NCBI GenBank assembly: GCA_951406725.2
Contig: OX597832.1
Span: forward strand, 33,852,001 to 33,916,000
Reading direction: 5' to 3'
Source: Octopus vulgaris
Lineage: Eukaryota
Length of the DNA stretch: 64,000 nt
Shown here: piece after piece, positions 1 to 14,239 of the stretch
Position numbering within the stretch: the first letter of the stretch is position 1
Layout of the letters: each line of letters begins with the position of its first letter
Translations under genes and position numbers: made by a program
The notes under the pieces: model-generated
Databases searched by the model: none
What the model was told of the DNA's origin: nothing
The model's input: only the letters and a program-made list of their open reading frames with translations

Positions 1-262
1 AGCGATGTTCGGTGGACAAACACAGACACACATACACGCACACACACACACAGACACACACAAGCACACACACATATATGTATATATACACATATATACG
101 ACGGGTTTCTTTCAGTTTCCGTCTACCAAATCCACTCACAAGGCTTTGGTCGGCCCGAGGCTATTATAGAAGACACTTGCCCAAGTTGCCACGCAGTGAG
201 ACTGAACCTGGAAGCATGTGGTTGGTCAGCAAGCTACTTACCACACAGCCACTCCTGCGCCT
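1..262 (-). mobile_element. tRNA-derived SINE family A (5' head, body and internal microsatellite; runs off window start)
   Basis: Minus strand reads AGGCGCAGGAGTGGCTGTGTGG (A-box-like)...GGTTCAGTC (B-box-like)...TTGGGCAAGTGTCTTC; closely matches 47757-47922 and 34978-35135. Confidence 0.85.
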
Positions 263-634
263 ACCTGGAATAACAAATTCCACGAGAACTAAACATTCAT
301 TACATTTCTTCGGAGCCATCATGTAGAAAAAAGAAAAAAAAAAGAAAAAACAATGTCCATCAGCACATCCTGTGTCTGCCCAAACTAAGTAGCCATATTC
401 CCTTCACACGCTATCTCGTCCATTCTGCATCACGATCCTTTTAGATCTTAACCTGCCGGATAAGCGGGACATTTCGGATGACAGGACTGCAGATATCCAT
501 TAAACTGTCACTACGAATTTGCACCGTTCCATGCTACCAGCGCACTGCATGCATGTATGCACACACACATGCACACTTATATACATGCATATGTGTGTAT
601 GTACACATACATTAAGATAGGTATACGCTCACAC

Positions 635-664
<30 letters not shown>

Positions 665-697
<33 letters not shown>

Positions 698-704
698 AAG
701 ACAC

Positions 705-780
<76 letters not shown>
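665..780. repeat. (GATA)n/(GACA)n microsatellite
   Basis: Directly visible. Confidence 0.95.
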
Positions 781-781
<1 letters not shown>

Positions 782-1229
782 AGTATGCGTGTTTTGTACA
801 TGACTTTCCTATCGAAGTTTTTGCCAGAATATTCGTTGACCTGTCTTCTGTAGCTACATGTATGCGTGGTGGCCGAATTACAGTTGCCGTATTGTATGCA
901 CAATTATTTTAGTCTAAACACAATCAGGGGTATTTTGGCTATGGTGGTGGCCTATCAAAATGCCTATTATTCTGTAACAGTAAAACTATATTCGTGTCTA
1001 TATTTGTAAATATGTCTATCCACGTATGCATATATGTGTACGCTTGTATGAAGTGAGAAAATATATGAGGAAACAAAAAGTAATAAAATCGAGTTAAAGT
1101 AATTTTAACTATTTAAACCCCTCTCAACTAAGGGTGGGAACGTAGTTCAATAGAACATAGTTAATTAAAGTTCATTGTTACCATTTATTTATTTCAATTG
1201 GATTACGGTTTAAAATATTGATATTCCTT

Positions 1230-1402
1230 CAAAGCGGTGGTTCTGGCAAAATACAAAGCGGCCTTTTGTCCGTTTTTACGTTCAGAGTTCAATTCAGGTG
1301 AACTTTGATTGATATAACATTAATACTTGTTAAATGCTGGGGTCGATGTCAACGATGTATTCCTTTCTCAGAGTTTGCTGGCCTTGTTCCAAAATCTGAA
1401 AC
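1230..1402 (+). mobile_element. Degenerate copy related to SINE family B
   Basis: TACGTTCAGAGTTCAATTC and TGGGGTCGATG match the element at 3316-3547. Confidence 0.5.
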
Positions 1403-1403
1403 A

Positions 1404-1807
<404 letters not shown>

Positions 1808-2092
1808 GCATGTATGCAAATGCACACACATATATTTCTCTGTGTTGTTTCTCTTTGTGTTTGCGCGTGCGTGTGCATGCGTGTAGATGTCATTATAATT
1901 TACTGTAAATACATTCAATAGGGCAAGCTGTATATATATATATATAAACGCACGAATGTATCTCTTTATTTAAACTCAAGAATGTGTATCCGTGTGTCCT
2001 GAGATAATGCTTATTGATTTCTTTAGAATCAGAGAAGTCAACAATTACTTGGAGGTACTCAATACATCAGTATGACGGTACTTCCCCCACAC

Positions 2093-2134
<42 letters not shown>

Positions 2135-2381
2135 ACACACACACACACACGCACGCACATATATAATATGCGTGCTTGTTTATTTTTATATATTTATTCA
2201 TTTCTTTATATTTATTTAATTATTGTAAGATAAGTGAGTCTTAAGAGTATATTTTTAGCATTCTAGAAGAAATCTTCAAAAGAATTCTTCAGGAATACAA
2301 CAGAACTCTTCATCTTAAAAACAGAGATTATTAGATAAATACATACACACAGACACCGATGCACGTACACACACATACACA

Positions 2382-2446
<65 letters not shown>

Positions 2447-3315
2447 ACATATAGATAGATAGGTAGATAGATACTCAGTCTTGTATTTGATTATTTATGC
2501 ATATTTTGCAATGACTTCTACATGTGGATACACGAGCACACACACACCCACACATACACACACTCCTGCACATTCGCATTGATGTATTAATTTACTTTCG
2601 AGCAAGACACCATGTACGTACGTCTATGTGTGCGTGAATCTGTGCATGTGAAGGTCTGGGTCGTTTTCTTCGTTGCTGTATATTGACATTTTTTCTTATG
2701 ATAATGAACATAAATGTGTGTGTGTGTGTGTGTGCGTGTGTGTGTGTGAGTGTTTACATAATATATATATGAATGCATAAGTATATACATGTATGTGAAT
2801 GAGAGAGTGTTTATAAACATATATGCATTCATTCCGCTTCTTCTCCAAGCATTTCTCGTTGTATCTTTGAAATTTAATATGGAATTACAAAGAACATACA
2901 TTTTGCTCCCAAACTCTTACATTTTCCTATTCGGTTCTTCACAATTTCCTTGTTCTTTTTTTTTTGTTATGTACAATATTAATTCTTTTTCCTTTGCATT
3001 CTTTATGTACGAAATATTTCGAAGCATTTTATACGTAAATAAGCCTGTTTCAGTAAATCATTGATGTGTTATACAGAACATTTTTCCTCTTGTATTCCCT
3101 TTTTCATTGGTCGCCTCTGGTCACGTGCTAAACAAATGTTCTGGTTACATATATTTCTGCTGCATACGCGTGAATGTTTGGCCCTATGCTTAGCCTGTTC
3201 GACAAACGGTTAGTCATAATTTCATTATCTAGAATTGACGAAGAGTTGAGTACTTGAGCGAGGTATTTCATTTCATGCTTTACAATCTAAAACTGAAATA
3301 GAAATATGATGGTTT

Positions 3316-3547
3316 AAGGCGGTGAGCTGGTAGAAACGTTAGCACGCCGGGTGAAATGCTTAGCGGTATTCCGTCTGCCGCTACGTTCTGAGTTCAAATT
3401 CCGCCGAGGTTAACTTGGTCTTTCATCCTTTCGGAGTCGATAAATTAAGTACCAGTTACGCAATGGGGTCGATATAATCGACTTAATTCCTTTGTCTGTC
3501 TTTGTTTTCCCCTCCATGTTTAGCCCCTTGTGGGCAATAAAGAAATA
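3316..3547 (+). mobile_element. tRNA-derived SINE family B, full length with target-site duplication
   Basis: Head GGCGGTGAGCTGGTAGAA...GAGTTCAAATTCC (B-box), central TTTCATCCTTTCGGAGTCGATAAATTAAGTACC, A-rich tail; flanked by AGAAATATGATG(G/T)TTT at 3300-3315 and 3548-3563. Confidence 0.85.
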
Positions 3548-3589
3548 AGAAATATGATGTTTTGAAATGTCTGAAAGACTGTGTGCAAG

Positions 3590-4371
3590 CATCCTGAAAC
3601 TATCTGGTTCTAGTTTCAGTCACTTTGTGAGTTATGAGTCTTCTTCTATAACCTCTTCCCGATCACTGCATTGTGACTGGATTTAGCCGACGGAAAACGC
3701 GCCGAAGCTCGTCGTATATATAAGTTAAAAACATAATACATGCACGAGCAAATGGTAAACAGACACGAAAGATCGCCAAATGCTCATCGGCTGTCGTCCT
3801 GAAGGTCAAAGACAATTTCACGCCGTAACGATAATATAGCATCCCCTTCTGTTGGGCCTGACGGCAAAACGCTGCCGGAAATTGGCGAGCCAATAAACAA
3901 AACAGAAAAGGAACAACTAGACAAGAACTAAACAATTATGCGATACAGAAAGTCATCACAGAAATGTGGAATAAATATAATTCAACAGGAGACAATTAGT
4001 GAAAGGAAGAAGGACGGAGATGAAAATAAACAGGATTATTGTGGGCATAGAAACGAAATAAACAGGCAAAATAAGGCTTTTAAACCGGACAGGAGACGGA
4101 AATAGTCAACGCTTGGAGAATATCCTAACGGATTATCAGAGAGACCTGAGAAGGTGAATAAGGTGAGAGAGGAGAGAAAATGCGACCGCTTGCTCCGACA
4201 GACAGCATGAAAAAGAAGAAGATGAGAAGATGACCACAGGTCACAGGTCAGCAGTTGATGGGTGAAAGTGGTGGGGCGAAAGAACGTGACAGATAGCAGC
4301 TTTAGAAGGAAGGGTCTGGATAACTGTACTGCAGAGTGTGTGTATGTATAGATGCACATAAGTGTGTATGT

Positions 4372-4432
<61 letters not shown>

Positions 4433-4675
4433 CACATTATTCACACACACACACACACATATATACATACAAGTATGAGTGCCATGTGCTTGATTATGTC
4501 TTTCCTACCACTTGAGAAACAGTGTTAGTTTGTTTTCATCCAAGTCTTTAAGTGCTTCAGCAAAAGAATAACACCATTCTTCAAAAAGAATAAGCATCGT
4601 GTTCTGCATGATTGAATAAAACCCTGTAAGCCGCTGCCCCAGCGTGGCCGCAGTCTAATGATAGAAATATGTAAA
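3590..4675 (+). mobile_element. Old split SINE family A copy (degenerate 5' half about 3590-3715, 3' half about 4480-4675) with intervening sequence
   Basis: TTCTTCTATAACC...GACGGAAAAC...AAGCTCGTCGTATA resembles the 5' half; GCTGCCCCAGCGTGGCCGCAGTCTAATGA resembles the family tail. Confidence 0.45.
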
Positions 4676-6612
4676 AGACAAAATGACACATGAATCGCAC
4701 ATTGGTCTGTTTGGTCACTGTGACTTAGCATGACATTTTGATAATCTGTTGCCAGGAATAAACAACGACGCAGAATTTAAGCGCTCAGCAGCCAATAGAT
4801 CAGAGTTGATTAGTTTGAGAGCCAACTATAAATTATTTCTATATAGATACTGGACATTTCTAAATGCCCGATGGGAGCAGGCATTTCACAGTGTCTTTCT
4901 ACGTCAGCTAATTTAGGAATGTTACTTGAAAGTGACAGCCAATAATATGCTGTCCAATTTTCAGCTGGTCACTCTGGCTATTCGCTATTCTATTTGCAAT
5001 GGGAACAATCCGAAATGCTTTTTTTTTCTGTTGTTGTCGTTCACCTGGGGCATAATCTTGGTCATATATTGTAATAACCTTTTCAGTATAACTATGTAAT
5101 ATTTCTTAGCTATAATCAACAGGTATATCTGCCTTATTTTGGTTTGATAAGTTTCTGTGTCTGAAGGAATTAATGTGCACAGGGAATGGCTTCCTTTTCG
5201 GTAAAATGACTACAATGCCACTTGTTGCTATTTCCTGGATATACATTGCCTTTTTAAATTAATACATGATGAAAGCGCGTGCCAATATGAATGAAAGTTA
5301 GGGCGCAGCAGCAGCAGCCGTTTTGGTGCTGAACTATATTTTGTCTCTTATTGTTCTTTATTCGAGTGATGTTTCTCAATTGAATTTAGAGGTGGAGTTT
5401 TGTAGGCAGATCGTATAATATGTGTGCGCGTGTGTGTGTGTGAGCGCAAGATCGCGTTTGTGACTGCGTGTGTGAATCTAACATGGAGGGCATCGATGTG
5501 GTAAACCGTTTTGGCGCAGTGGTTTTGGCGATGTCTATTTGGCATCGCTGATTCGACTCTGACTTTTTTGACATCGGAGATTTTAGTATCTTTCTCCTCT
5601 TTTTCCTCTTTCTCTCTGTCTGTCTTTCTCTCTTACTCTTTCTCTCTCCAGAGGTGTATTTCTGAGAAAGCGCATGCTTGTCTGTGTGTGTGTATGTATC
5701 TGCCTTCAGCGCCAGAAGATGCTATCGCCAAAGGTACAGCCCAAACAGCGGCACCCAATTGTTTCAATCCGTGGAAGAATTACCTACAAGAAATAACTAC
5801 CACAATCCCTACAAATGAGAGGATGGCATCACTAAAAATGGGAAGGACTCGTTACTTTGTTTATATAGTCCTGTCCACTTCTAAAATATTGATACGTTTG
5901 GGGGTAACAATTTCTGTGATAATAAATCTGCTAATTAGGGTCAAACTCTAGGTTAAATATCCACATCAACAACAATAACAACAATAACATTAATAAAGAC
6001 AAAAACAAGAACAACAACATCAAAGTATCCTTTGATTTGTCAGTTCAGATACAAGCAGCAAGGAATTTTCTAAAAGTCCGATTCTTCTCATTTGAGAGAA
6101 CGTACAAAGCAATACATCTTTTGAAAACTGAAAACAAGATTTCTCAGACGGCTTACCAATTCAAAGATTTCGCAAAAGAAAGAATTATAAGAAAAAAAAT
6201 GTTATCATGAAACAGGAATTTGAAGTAAAAAATATTTCCTTTCATACCGAATATGTGAAGGATGCGTAATAGAAGTGTAAAAAACGGTAAATGAAACGAA
6301 AATTCTATAAAATGTTTGGCTTTTTTCATTTTTTAGATTTCTTTGAAAAAAATTATGAACTTAAAGAATTTTGACGTGTTGAAGATGATTCTAAAAGATG
6401 ATTCAAAGCTCAATTTTTTCTGTGCTTCTGTGTGACTATATTTGTATATGCACGTGTGCGTAAGTCTGTCTATAAATTTTGTATCCTTGCATGGAATTTT
6501 TATTGAAAATGTGTGTTGTGAGTACACACACACATGTATATATACACACATATATCCATATATATATATAAACATACATACATAGATATATATACATATA
6601 TATATTCGTGTG

Positions 6613-6695
<83 letters not shown>

Positions 6696-8209
6696 GTGTG
6701 TGTGTGTGTGTGTGCATCTATATATATATACATGTATATATACTCGACCTAACCATATATGCGTCCATCTATACACATGCACACGTGCACATGCAAAGAG
6801 AATTTGTATAAATGTAAGTCTTTATAAGTTTGTGTATTCATACATTGTGAGTGTGTGTAAGCATGCTTGCGCCTGATTTATTTGTTTGTACATGATCACA
6901 CACAGACACACACACACACACGAACACACACACATGAAGACACAGACACACACATATGCGTGAATGTTTGTAGGTGTGCATGTGTTTATACGCCACTTCT
7001 GTATGCGAATATTTACACATGTCTATCTATGTATCTATGTAAGGACTCGCAAACACAGAAACGAACACATTATCATTTTAATGACGGAATGAAATCTTCA
7101 TTAATTTATTAGAAACAGAACGCTGAAGAACTTGTAGAGTAAGTGTACTTGAAGTTAATGCAATATTTGAAAGACATGTGCGTGCTTATGTAATTACAAG
7201 AAGAACAACATACACGAATACCTGTTTTGTTTTTAGAGCTGGTTATATAAATCAATGAACGTATCAAATTTATTTTCTTCTCTCTCATTATAATAAATTC
7301 AAAAATTAAAAACGAAGAAAGTAGCGTTGGCATGAATCGAATGATATCTCTCTAAATATGTCTAGAATTATTTTAAATGAGGTTGTTGATGGATTTTTAA
7401 TAAACAGGGAGAAAGGAAAAATTAAAATTAAAAAAAAAACGGAAAAGCAAAGGATGAAAAAATATATTTTAATTATATTTCACTGTACTTCACTTCTTCG
7501 TTTTTATGCATCGAGTCATCTTGAAGTAGGCATTTTGCTTTTCAGTGGAATGTTTCAATACGGAGTTGGAGTGATGACGACCCTATCACCAACTGCCCAT
7601 TCATGTTTATCGATCAAGATTTTCCTTTCTCTGTGCGTGTGTTTGTATCTATATACAGATACACATGTATGTGTGCATTTATATGTTAGTTTTTGTACAT
7701 ATATAACATACATACAAATATATATATACGCAACATATGGTATAATTATAAACAAGGCAAATTTCAGCCATTTCTCCGCAGAGTGAAAAAAAAAGATGAT
7801 GAACAACCTTAATCAATTTTCGAAACTTATTGGGTCCTCATTAAAGTCGTCTACATCAGTGTGACAGTCTCCAGAGAAACAAGTAGCAAAACTGTTTATA
7901 TACTCCACAAATGCAGCAGTTACTCTATGAAGCAGTCTCTACTTTGCATACCGAAAGTGTTTCACACTCTATAGATACCAGTGGCCTGTCAACAGGGATC
8001 TTAGTCCACACAGTGTGAAGTTATGATATATTTATTTATTTATTGATATATAGTATTTGCTCTATGTATTTTAGATGTGTGTGGGAATATTAAAACATAA
8101 GAATAGGAAAATTCTTGCAAGTTTTGGATAAGTGAATAGAAGAATTTCCATTTTTATTCAGTTATGCTACCGGTTTCAATTGCTTTAAAAGAAAACTTAG
8201 TCATGCAGA

Positions 8210-8290
<81 letters not shown>

Positions 8291-8291
8291 C

Positions 8292-8347
<56 letters not shown>

Positions 8348-8383
8348 CAGCAGCAGTAGTAGCAGAAGCAGCAGTAGTAGTAA

Positions 8384-8416
<33 letters not shown>
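8210..8416. repeat. (TAG)n/(CAG)n trinucleotide repeat
   Basis: Directly visible; explains the poly-V/L/Y ORFs. Confidence 0.95.
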
Positions 8417-10421
8417 AAACAGCTGCAGCTGCAAGAATTGAAGAAGTGGCAGTTAACCATTCTTTGTGTGTGCTCTGTGTGTGTCTTTATGTATCTATGT
8501 ATGTATATATATATGTATGCATGCCTATATATATATATATATATATATGCATATGTGTGTATAATGGGACAGACACAGAAAGAGAGGTTTGTCTTCCCGT
8601 GCAAATTTTAAACTACTCTCAGTCAACTCTCTTCAGTGTCTACTGCAATTTTCTTTTCATAAATCGAATTATTTGTCCCATATTTTCACCTTTCAACTCC
8701 AGTTTTTGACTTGTTGCTTATCATTGATATCGCCCCTTCTTAAATTTAAACACGTTTTACCCAAGTAACATTTTTTGTCGTGCCCTAACTTCTAACGTGA
8801 TATTAATGTTCCGTTTTACCGACCATGTACATCACAAATTCCCCAGTGATAGCAAATTCCATCCACCGGTTTAGACAATGCTTTATAGAAACATTGAATA
8901 CTAGACCGGCAAGAGACCAAGCAGTTCGATCTGTTATTTTGCGTGCTTTTATCAAGGAATGTATGTGTGTGATCTCGTGAGGTTGTGAACTGAAGTTCCT
9001 TTGATTACTGACCGATATGCAACGTGCTGTTGTCATTCTTTATAGAAGGACAGCTAAACAATAAACTATAGAATTTCTGTAAAATTTCAATGAACAGGTG
9101 AAAGCATACTGTACGTACAAAGAAGTTTTTAATAGCAGCAATATGTTGAACAGCAAGATTATTGCGAGAAGACAAGTCACTCCTTTAATTGATGTTAAAA
9201 TCTGAACCGTAGCTGAAAAGAAATCATTTCTAGCCATACATCTTCTCCGCTCATTATTCTTGGGATTAGTGGATAATTTTCTCAGGCACTAAACGTATAA
9301 AAAACTTCATTAGACTTTGCTGCAATTCTAGCATCTTCTTCAGCCTATTACCACCCATCACTCATGAAAAAAGCCCCGTGATACGTAAAAATTGTTCGTG
9401 ATGCGAATACATAACGGCAACTGAGATCGTTTTCTGTATTAATCTGTGATGTGGCAGATAAAACAGCTCCAGGTTTGGATTGGTTTACAGTTCCTCTAGA
9501 TTCTAATATAATCCATTGAGTATTGTGGGCAAATTCGCACGCATACAGGTAAACATATACATTCATATATACGTATACACACAAGCATTCACTCGCACAT
9601 GCACACACACACATACGGCAGACTTCCACACTGTCTCTCTCAACTGAATACATTCAAAAAGGATCGGCTGACCTGAGCCTAAAGTAAAAGGTACTAGATG
9701 CTACCTAGTAATACCGAACTCAGAGCCATAGGGTTGCAAATTCAGTTTTTGGTCACGTGCAGACCAGTTTTGGGCCTGAATACCGGTACGACATTAAGAC
9801 GGACTTCCATTTCGCCTCTGCAGTTTCTGGTTTCGATGATCTGCGAAACAAAAGGGTGAACAGTTGATCTACCTAACTAGGTCATACTCAATTAAAATAT
9901 AATTAAAATGACAAAATTAATAACCTTGAGATTTGGTATGAATTAATTCCGATACTATTCCGTAATAATATGGTTGGCTTACATAGAAATGACGAACCAG
10001 ATTTCGGCAATAGTGGTAGCAGATGATGAAAAGCTTGGCATCGGTCAGTTTTTGTGAACCTTTGAATATTTTTGTTTATTTTTGTAATTCATTTTTCAAT
10101 ATTTTCTGAACCATATTTTCAAAATTCTGCATGGAAGATATTAAATTTTAATCAATATTTTTTTTAATTACATAGCTTTTCCTCGTTAGTTTATTTTTTC
10201 TCACTTAAGATTTCCATTGCATTTGTTTTGTGAGATTTTTAATTTAGTTTTTTGCCTTTTATTTTATGTATTCTTTAAACTTCCACATAATCAAACGCAA
10301 CTTTGCTCCATGTGATAAACCTAATTATTAGCAGACAGACATCATAATTAAAAATATAATTTGAAACTAAAATAAAACATCTCGAGATTATTAAAATAAT
10401 TAAATAAGATATCAGTAATCA

Positions 10422-10433
10422 CTATTATTATTA

Positions 10434-10479
<46 letters not shown>

Positions 10480-10513
10480 CATTATTATTATTATTATTAT
10501 TATTATCTTTATT

Positions 10514-10561
<48 letters not shown>
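10422..10561. repeat. (TTA)n repeat
   Basis: Directly visible. Confidence 0.95.
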
Positions 10562-11299
10562 TGCATACGAACAGAAAGTACACAACTCATTGACATTCAA
10601 CACACCAGTCGGATTAAATCTTAGTATTGATCTTCAACGTTTGAGGTTTAAAAGATTATGCGAAAGGAAATTAATAATAAATTGAAGATTAGCAACAAAA
10701 TAATTTGCTAAATACACCGGAACCCGGGGAAAATTTGATTGGGATTTCGCTTACGGAAACTGAGCGAAATATATCTGTGTTATTGCATTTCAATACAATA
10801 AAATGTATTGTCTAGTTCATTTTACTTTATTTCTTATTTTGTTTCATATTTTCTAGAATATTTCATACACTTTTATGTCTCGGGTTTTTATTTTTCTTTT
10901 AATTATTTTTTTCCATTATGCGATCTTCTAATAATGAAGAAACTTTGTTGTTTAATATTCGTCTCTTTTTATATTTGCTACAGAGCTTTGTTTAAATATG
11001 TTTTGTTATCTCCCTTCTCGATCTTCAAAACAGAAAACAAGAAAAACGGTGTCAATGCCTGAGACATTTGTATTCTTTCTTTTTACCCCACAGGAATCGC
11101 ATTCATTCTCAAATAATTTTCACACATTCTTTTAATTCTTTCAACTCCCTTTCCTCATAGAACTACATCTACACATACACACACATACATACACGCACAC
11201 CCATTCGTTCGCTATTCAATGCTAGGTTTTTCAATAACATCAATTTTAAAATTAATTACATAACCATGATTTGGTACTTAACTCCGTACCGTCATATTT

Positions 11300-11432
11300 G
11301 TTTGGTTGGTTGGTTGGTTGGTTGGTTGAATTGTTGGTTGGTTGGTTGGTTGGTTGGTTGGTTGAATTGTTGGTTCGTTCGTTGGTCGGTTTCTTGGATG
11401 GTAGGTTGGTCAGCTGCCTGGCTTGTTGGTTG
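11300..11432. repeat. (GGTT)n repeat, degenerating rightwards
   Basis: Directly visible. Confidence 0.9.
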
Positions 11433-12474
11433 ATACAGTTTACACACATCCAATGGAAAACAGAAAGACTTCGTTTAGTTACAGTCTAAACGAGCACAGT
11501 AATCTACGGCGAACACATATTCATAGAATCTCAAAGGACAAACATTAAAAAGACATTTGCTTTAACTGTAATCTTGAATAGAGATGCGTTTTGTACGTGA
11601 TACGGCATTAATGAAGTAACCGAGCTTTAATGTAAATATGCATCTCATTTAAATATGTGTTTTAAATGTTTACTCAGTGTGTTGTAAAGATATACAAATC
11701 TTAAAGAGGACACATGTATGATGCAGTTGTGGATTATTCAGGGTTTATATTTTAATATTCATTTATCTCTCTATACAATAATTAATATTCGATATAAATG
11801 TTGGTTGATTCCTCCAATCAGACCTAAAATCGTAAAGAGAGAAGGAGGGAGAGAGTCAAAAAGAGATACAAAGAGAGAGAGAGAGAGACAGACAGACATA
11901 CTTAAAGGACGAAAGGTAATGACACACACAAGGCTAGGTGGCAGACAATGAATAAAAGAACGATATATATACACAATCATAAGATGAGACGGAAGGAATC
12001 ACAGTGACAGATGAGAGGGAGGAATGAGTGAGGAGGATGAGAAAGAAGGGGAGGACATGAAGAATAGGACTTCGAACAAACAGCAACTTTAGTGCAAAAT
12101 TTCTTTTTTATGACAAGTTGTAAGAGATTTAACCTTGAATCCATTAATGTAAAATATGCGACTTGAAACAAATTTAGGACATAGAGCCTGCAACCAATAA
12201 TCGGTATTGATTTCTGTTCTGTATAGAATAGGATATAATCGATTCTCTTGACTAAAGAACAGTACAAATAATTATTTCATAGACTGAAGAAGCAATATAT
12301 GACGAGAAAACTCAAATGCAGGGAGACATTGAGATGTCAATGTAGAAAAGTGAGTACAAATTCTCAAGTATAAGATGCGATGTTTTATCGTTTATAAGGA
12401 CTACTTACAGAGAGTTCGGTCACGTGATCAAACCAAATCAATGTTTCCCTGATTCAGCAAACACAATAAATTAC

Positions 12475-12606
12475 AATGGTTTCAAATTTTGGCACAAGCC
12501 ATCAATTTTATGTAAGGGAATAAATCGATATCAACGACCCCAGGGCTGATATTTATTTTATCATACCTTGGAAGGGTGAAAGGTAAAGTCGACTTGGGTA
12601 GAATTT
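12475..12606 (-). mobile_element. Degenerate 3' part of a SINE related to family B
   Basis: Reverse complement contains GTCGACTTTACCTTTCACCCTTCC, GGGTCGTTGATATCGA and TTGTGCCAAAATTTGAAACC, similar to 3316-3547 and 1230-1402. Confidence 0.55.
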
Positions 12607-13543
12607 CTTCTACACATTTAGTCTTGTGTTCTAACGATGCTGCTTAAAGCTCGCTGCGACCAGACCTCTGGAAGTGAAATATGGTTGACAGAAACCACGA
12701 GGAATTTGATACAATAGTTATGGTTAGCTTTTTTGCTGTCCCACCGTTTAATAAAATTATCTTCTCCACAAAGAATTTTTAGCGATCTTCGTGCATTCAC
12801 TCATAAAACTGAGCGGAAGCATTCATTTTACCTTACTTCTACGATAGTATCTGACAAAATCGGGAATAACCCCGCAACCATTACCTAGCCCTTACTGTGC
12901 ATTTCGAAGGGTAAATATTGGAATTGCTCTACGATTGCTATAGTGTCCAGAACACATTTGAACTGTTTAAGCCAATATGACAGAAATATAGTATATTGTA
13001 TAAAATAAAAGACGTAACCCATGGCTATATCTCATAATTAAAACTCACTGTTTATATCTTTTACAAGTGTCAAATATTTAACACACATATGCGTACTTAA
13101 TTGCACAAACTTTCACACAACCATCCCTGTATCGTACACAAACACACAACAATATGTACAAGACAGCTCACAACTCTATTTAGGTTTAATATAAACCGGA
13201 TAAAGTTCACAGCCGACGGTACTTGCCGCCCGCACATCTCGAATTCTACCAACTTCCCCCACTGTAGTCATTACTACCACAAAACCATTGACTGCTGCCA
13301 TTCAGTAATTCCAGCATCACACATCTGCTGCTATGCCTCTCATCTATTAGCCTCCGAGTAACTTGAGACAGTCCAAATAAGAATAGTGGGCAATTGAGCA
13401 GATAAACCAATATAATATACCATACTGTGGACACTGACTATTCCGGCAAACTATAACGTACTTCTATATATATGTCGGGAGAACGACAGACTCATGATCG
13501 CGTGGCAGAGACTTCGATCCCCATATGTACATATGTACATATG

Positions 13544-13628
<85 letters not shown>

Positions 13629-13671
13629 TTATATATTTTTGTATATATATGTATGTATGCAGCACGGATTT

Positions 13672-13719
13672 TTGTCAGTGAACAGGTCGCGGATTTTAGC
13701 GATGAAAATATTTTGACAA
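13672..13719 (+). ncRNA. Minimal type-I hammerhead ribozyme motif, G3-C8 core variant, within a short element about 13658-13860
   Basis: TTGTCA-GTGAACA-G-GTCGC ggatttta GCGAT-GAAA-ATAT-T-T-TGACAA: 6-bp stem I, 5-bp stem II, palindromic stem III. A fragment of the same element recurs at about 42501-42548. Confidence 0.7.
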
Positions 13720-13877
13720 GTTAAACTTAAATGTTGAAGTGAATCGAACGGCTTTTGTGTGTTTCTTAAATGGCTTACAAACACCTTCCACGCTGCAATT
13801 GTTTTCGTTTCAGCACACGATCTCAGATCAAATTACTTGCTATGCGAGTACATCTCCGTAATATATATATATATGTT

Positions 13878-13917
<40 letters not shown>

Positions 13918-13921
<4 letters not shown>

Positions 13922-14094
13922 GGTCCCGGGTTGAGTCGGGGTTAACCACAGTAAATAAGGTACTCAATACATAGCAGAGTAAATTAATTTATTTTATAGA
14001 AGGAGCTTCTACAGGACTAGAACTGTTTCATTCAAATGAAATCATTTGAATGAAACAGTTCTAGTCCTGTAGAAGCTCCTTCTATAAAATAAAT
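13918..14094. repeat. Perfect 53-bp-arm inverted repeat (13987-14039 / 14042-14094) at the end of a Penelope-like terminal segment
   Basis: Arms pair base for base around a 2-nt AA centre; each arm carries GAAACAGTTCTAGTC CTGTAG and AATAAA in its outward-reading direction. Confidence 0.9.
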
Positions 14095-14170
14095 ATATAT
14101 ATATACATACATAATATATATACATAATATATATATGTATGTATGTGTGTGTCTGTCTGTGTGTGTGTGT

Positions 14171-14213
<43 letters not shown>

Positions 14214-14239
14214 TCTGTGTGTGTGTGTGTGTGTATGAG

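Noticed and set aside
4790-4960. Several CCAAT-like words (AGCCAAT) suggesting a promoter
   Set aside because: Short motifs with no linked exon or transcript evidence
8100-8210. Minus-strand GAAACCGGTA followed by AATAAA, like a hammerhead 3' half
   Set aside because: Upstream core (CTGCATGA) and stem I do not fit; at most a truncated relic, so not counted
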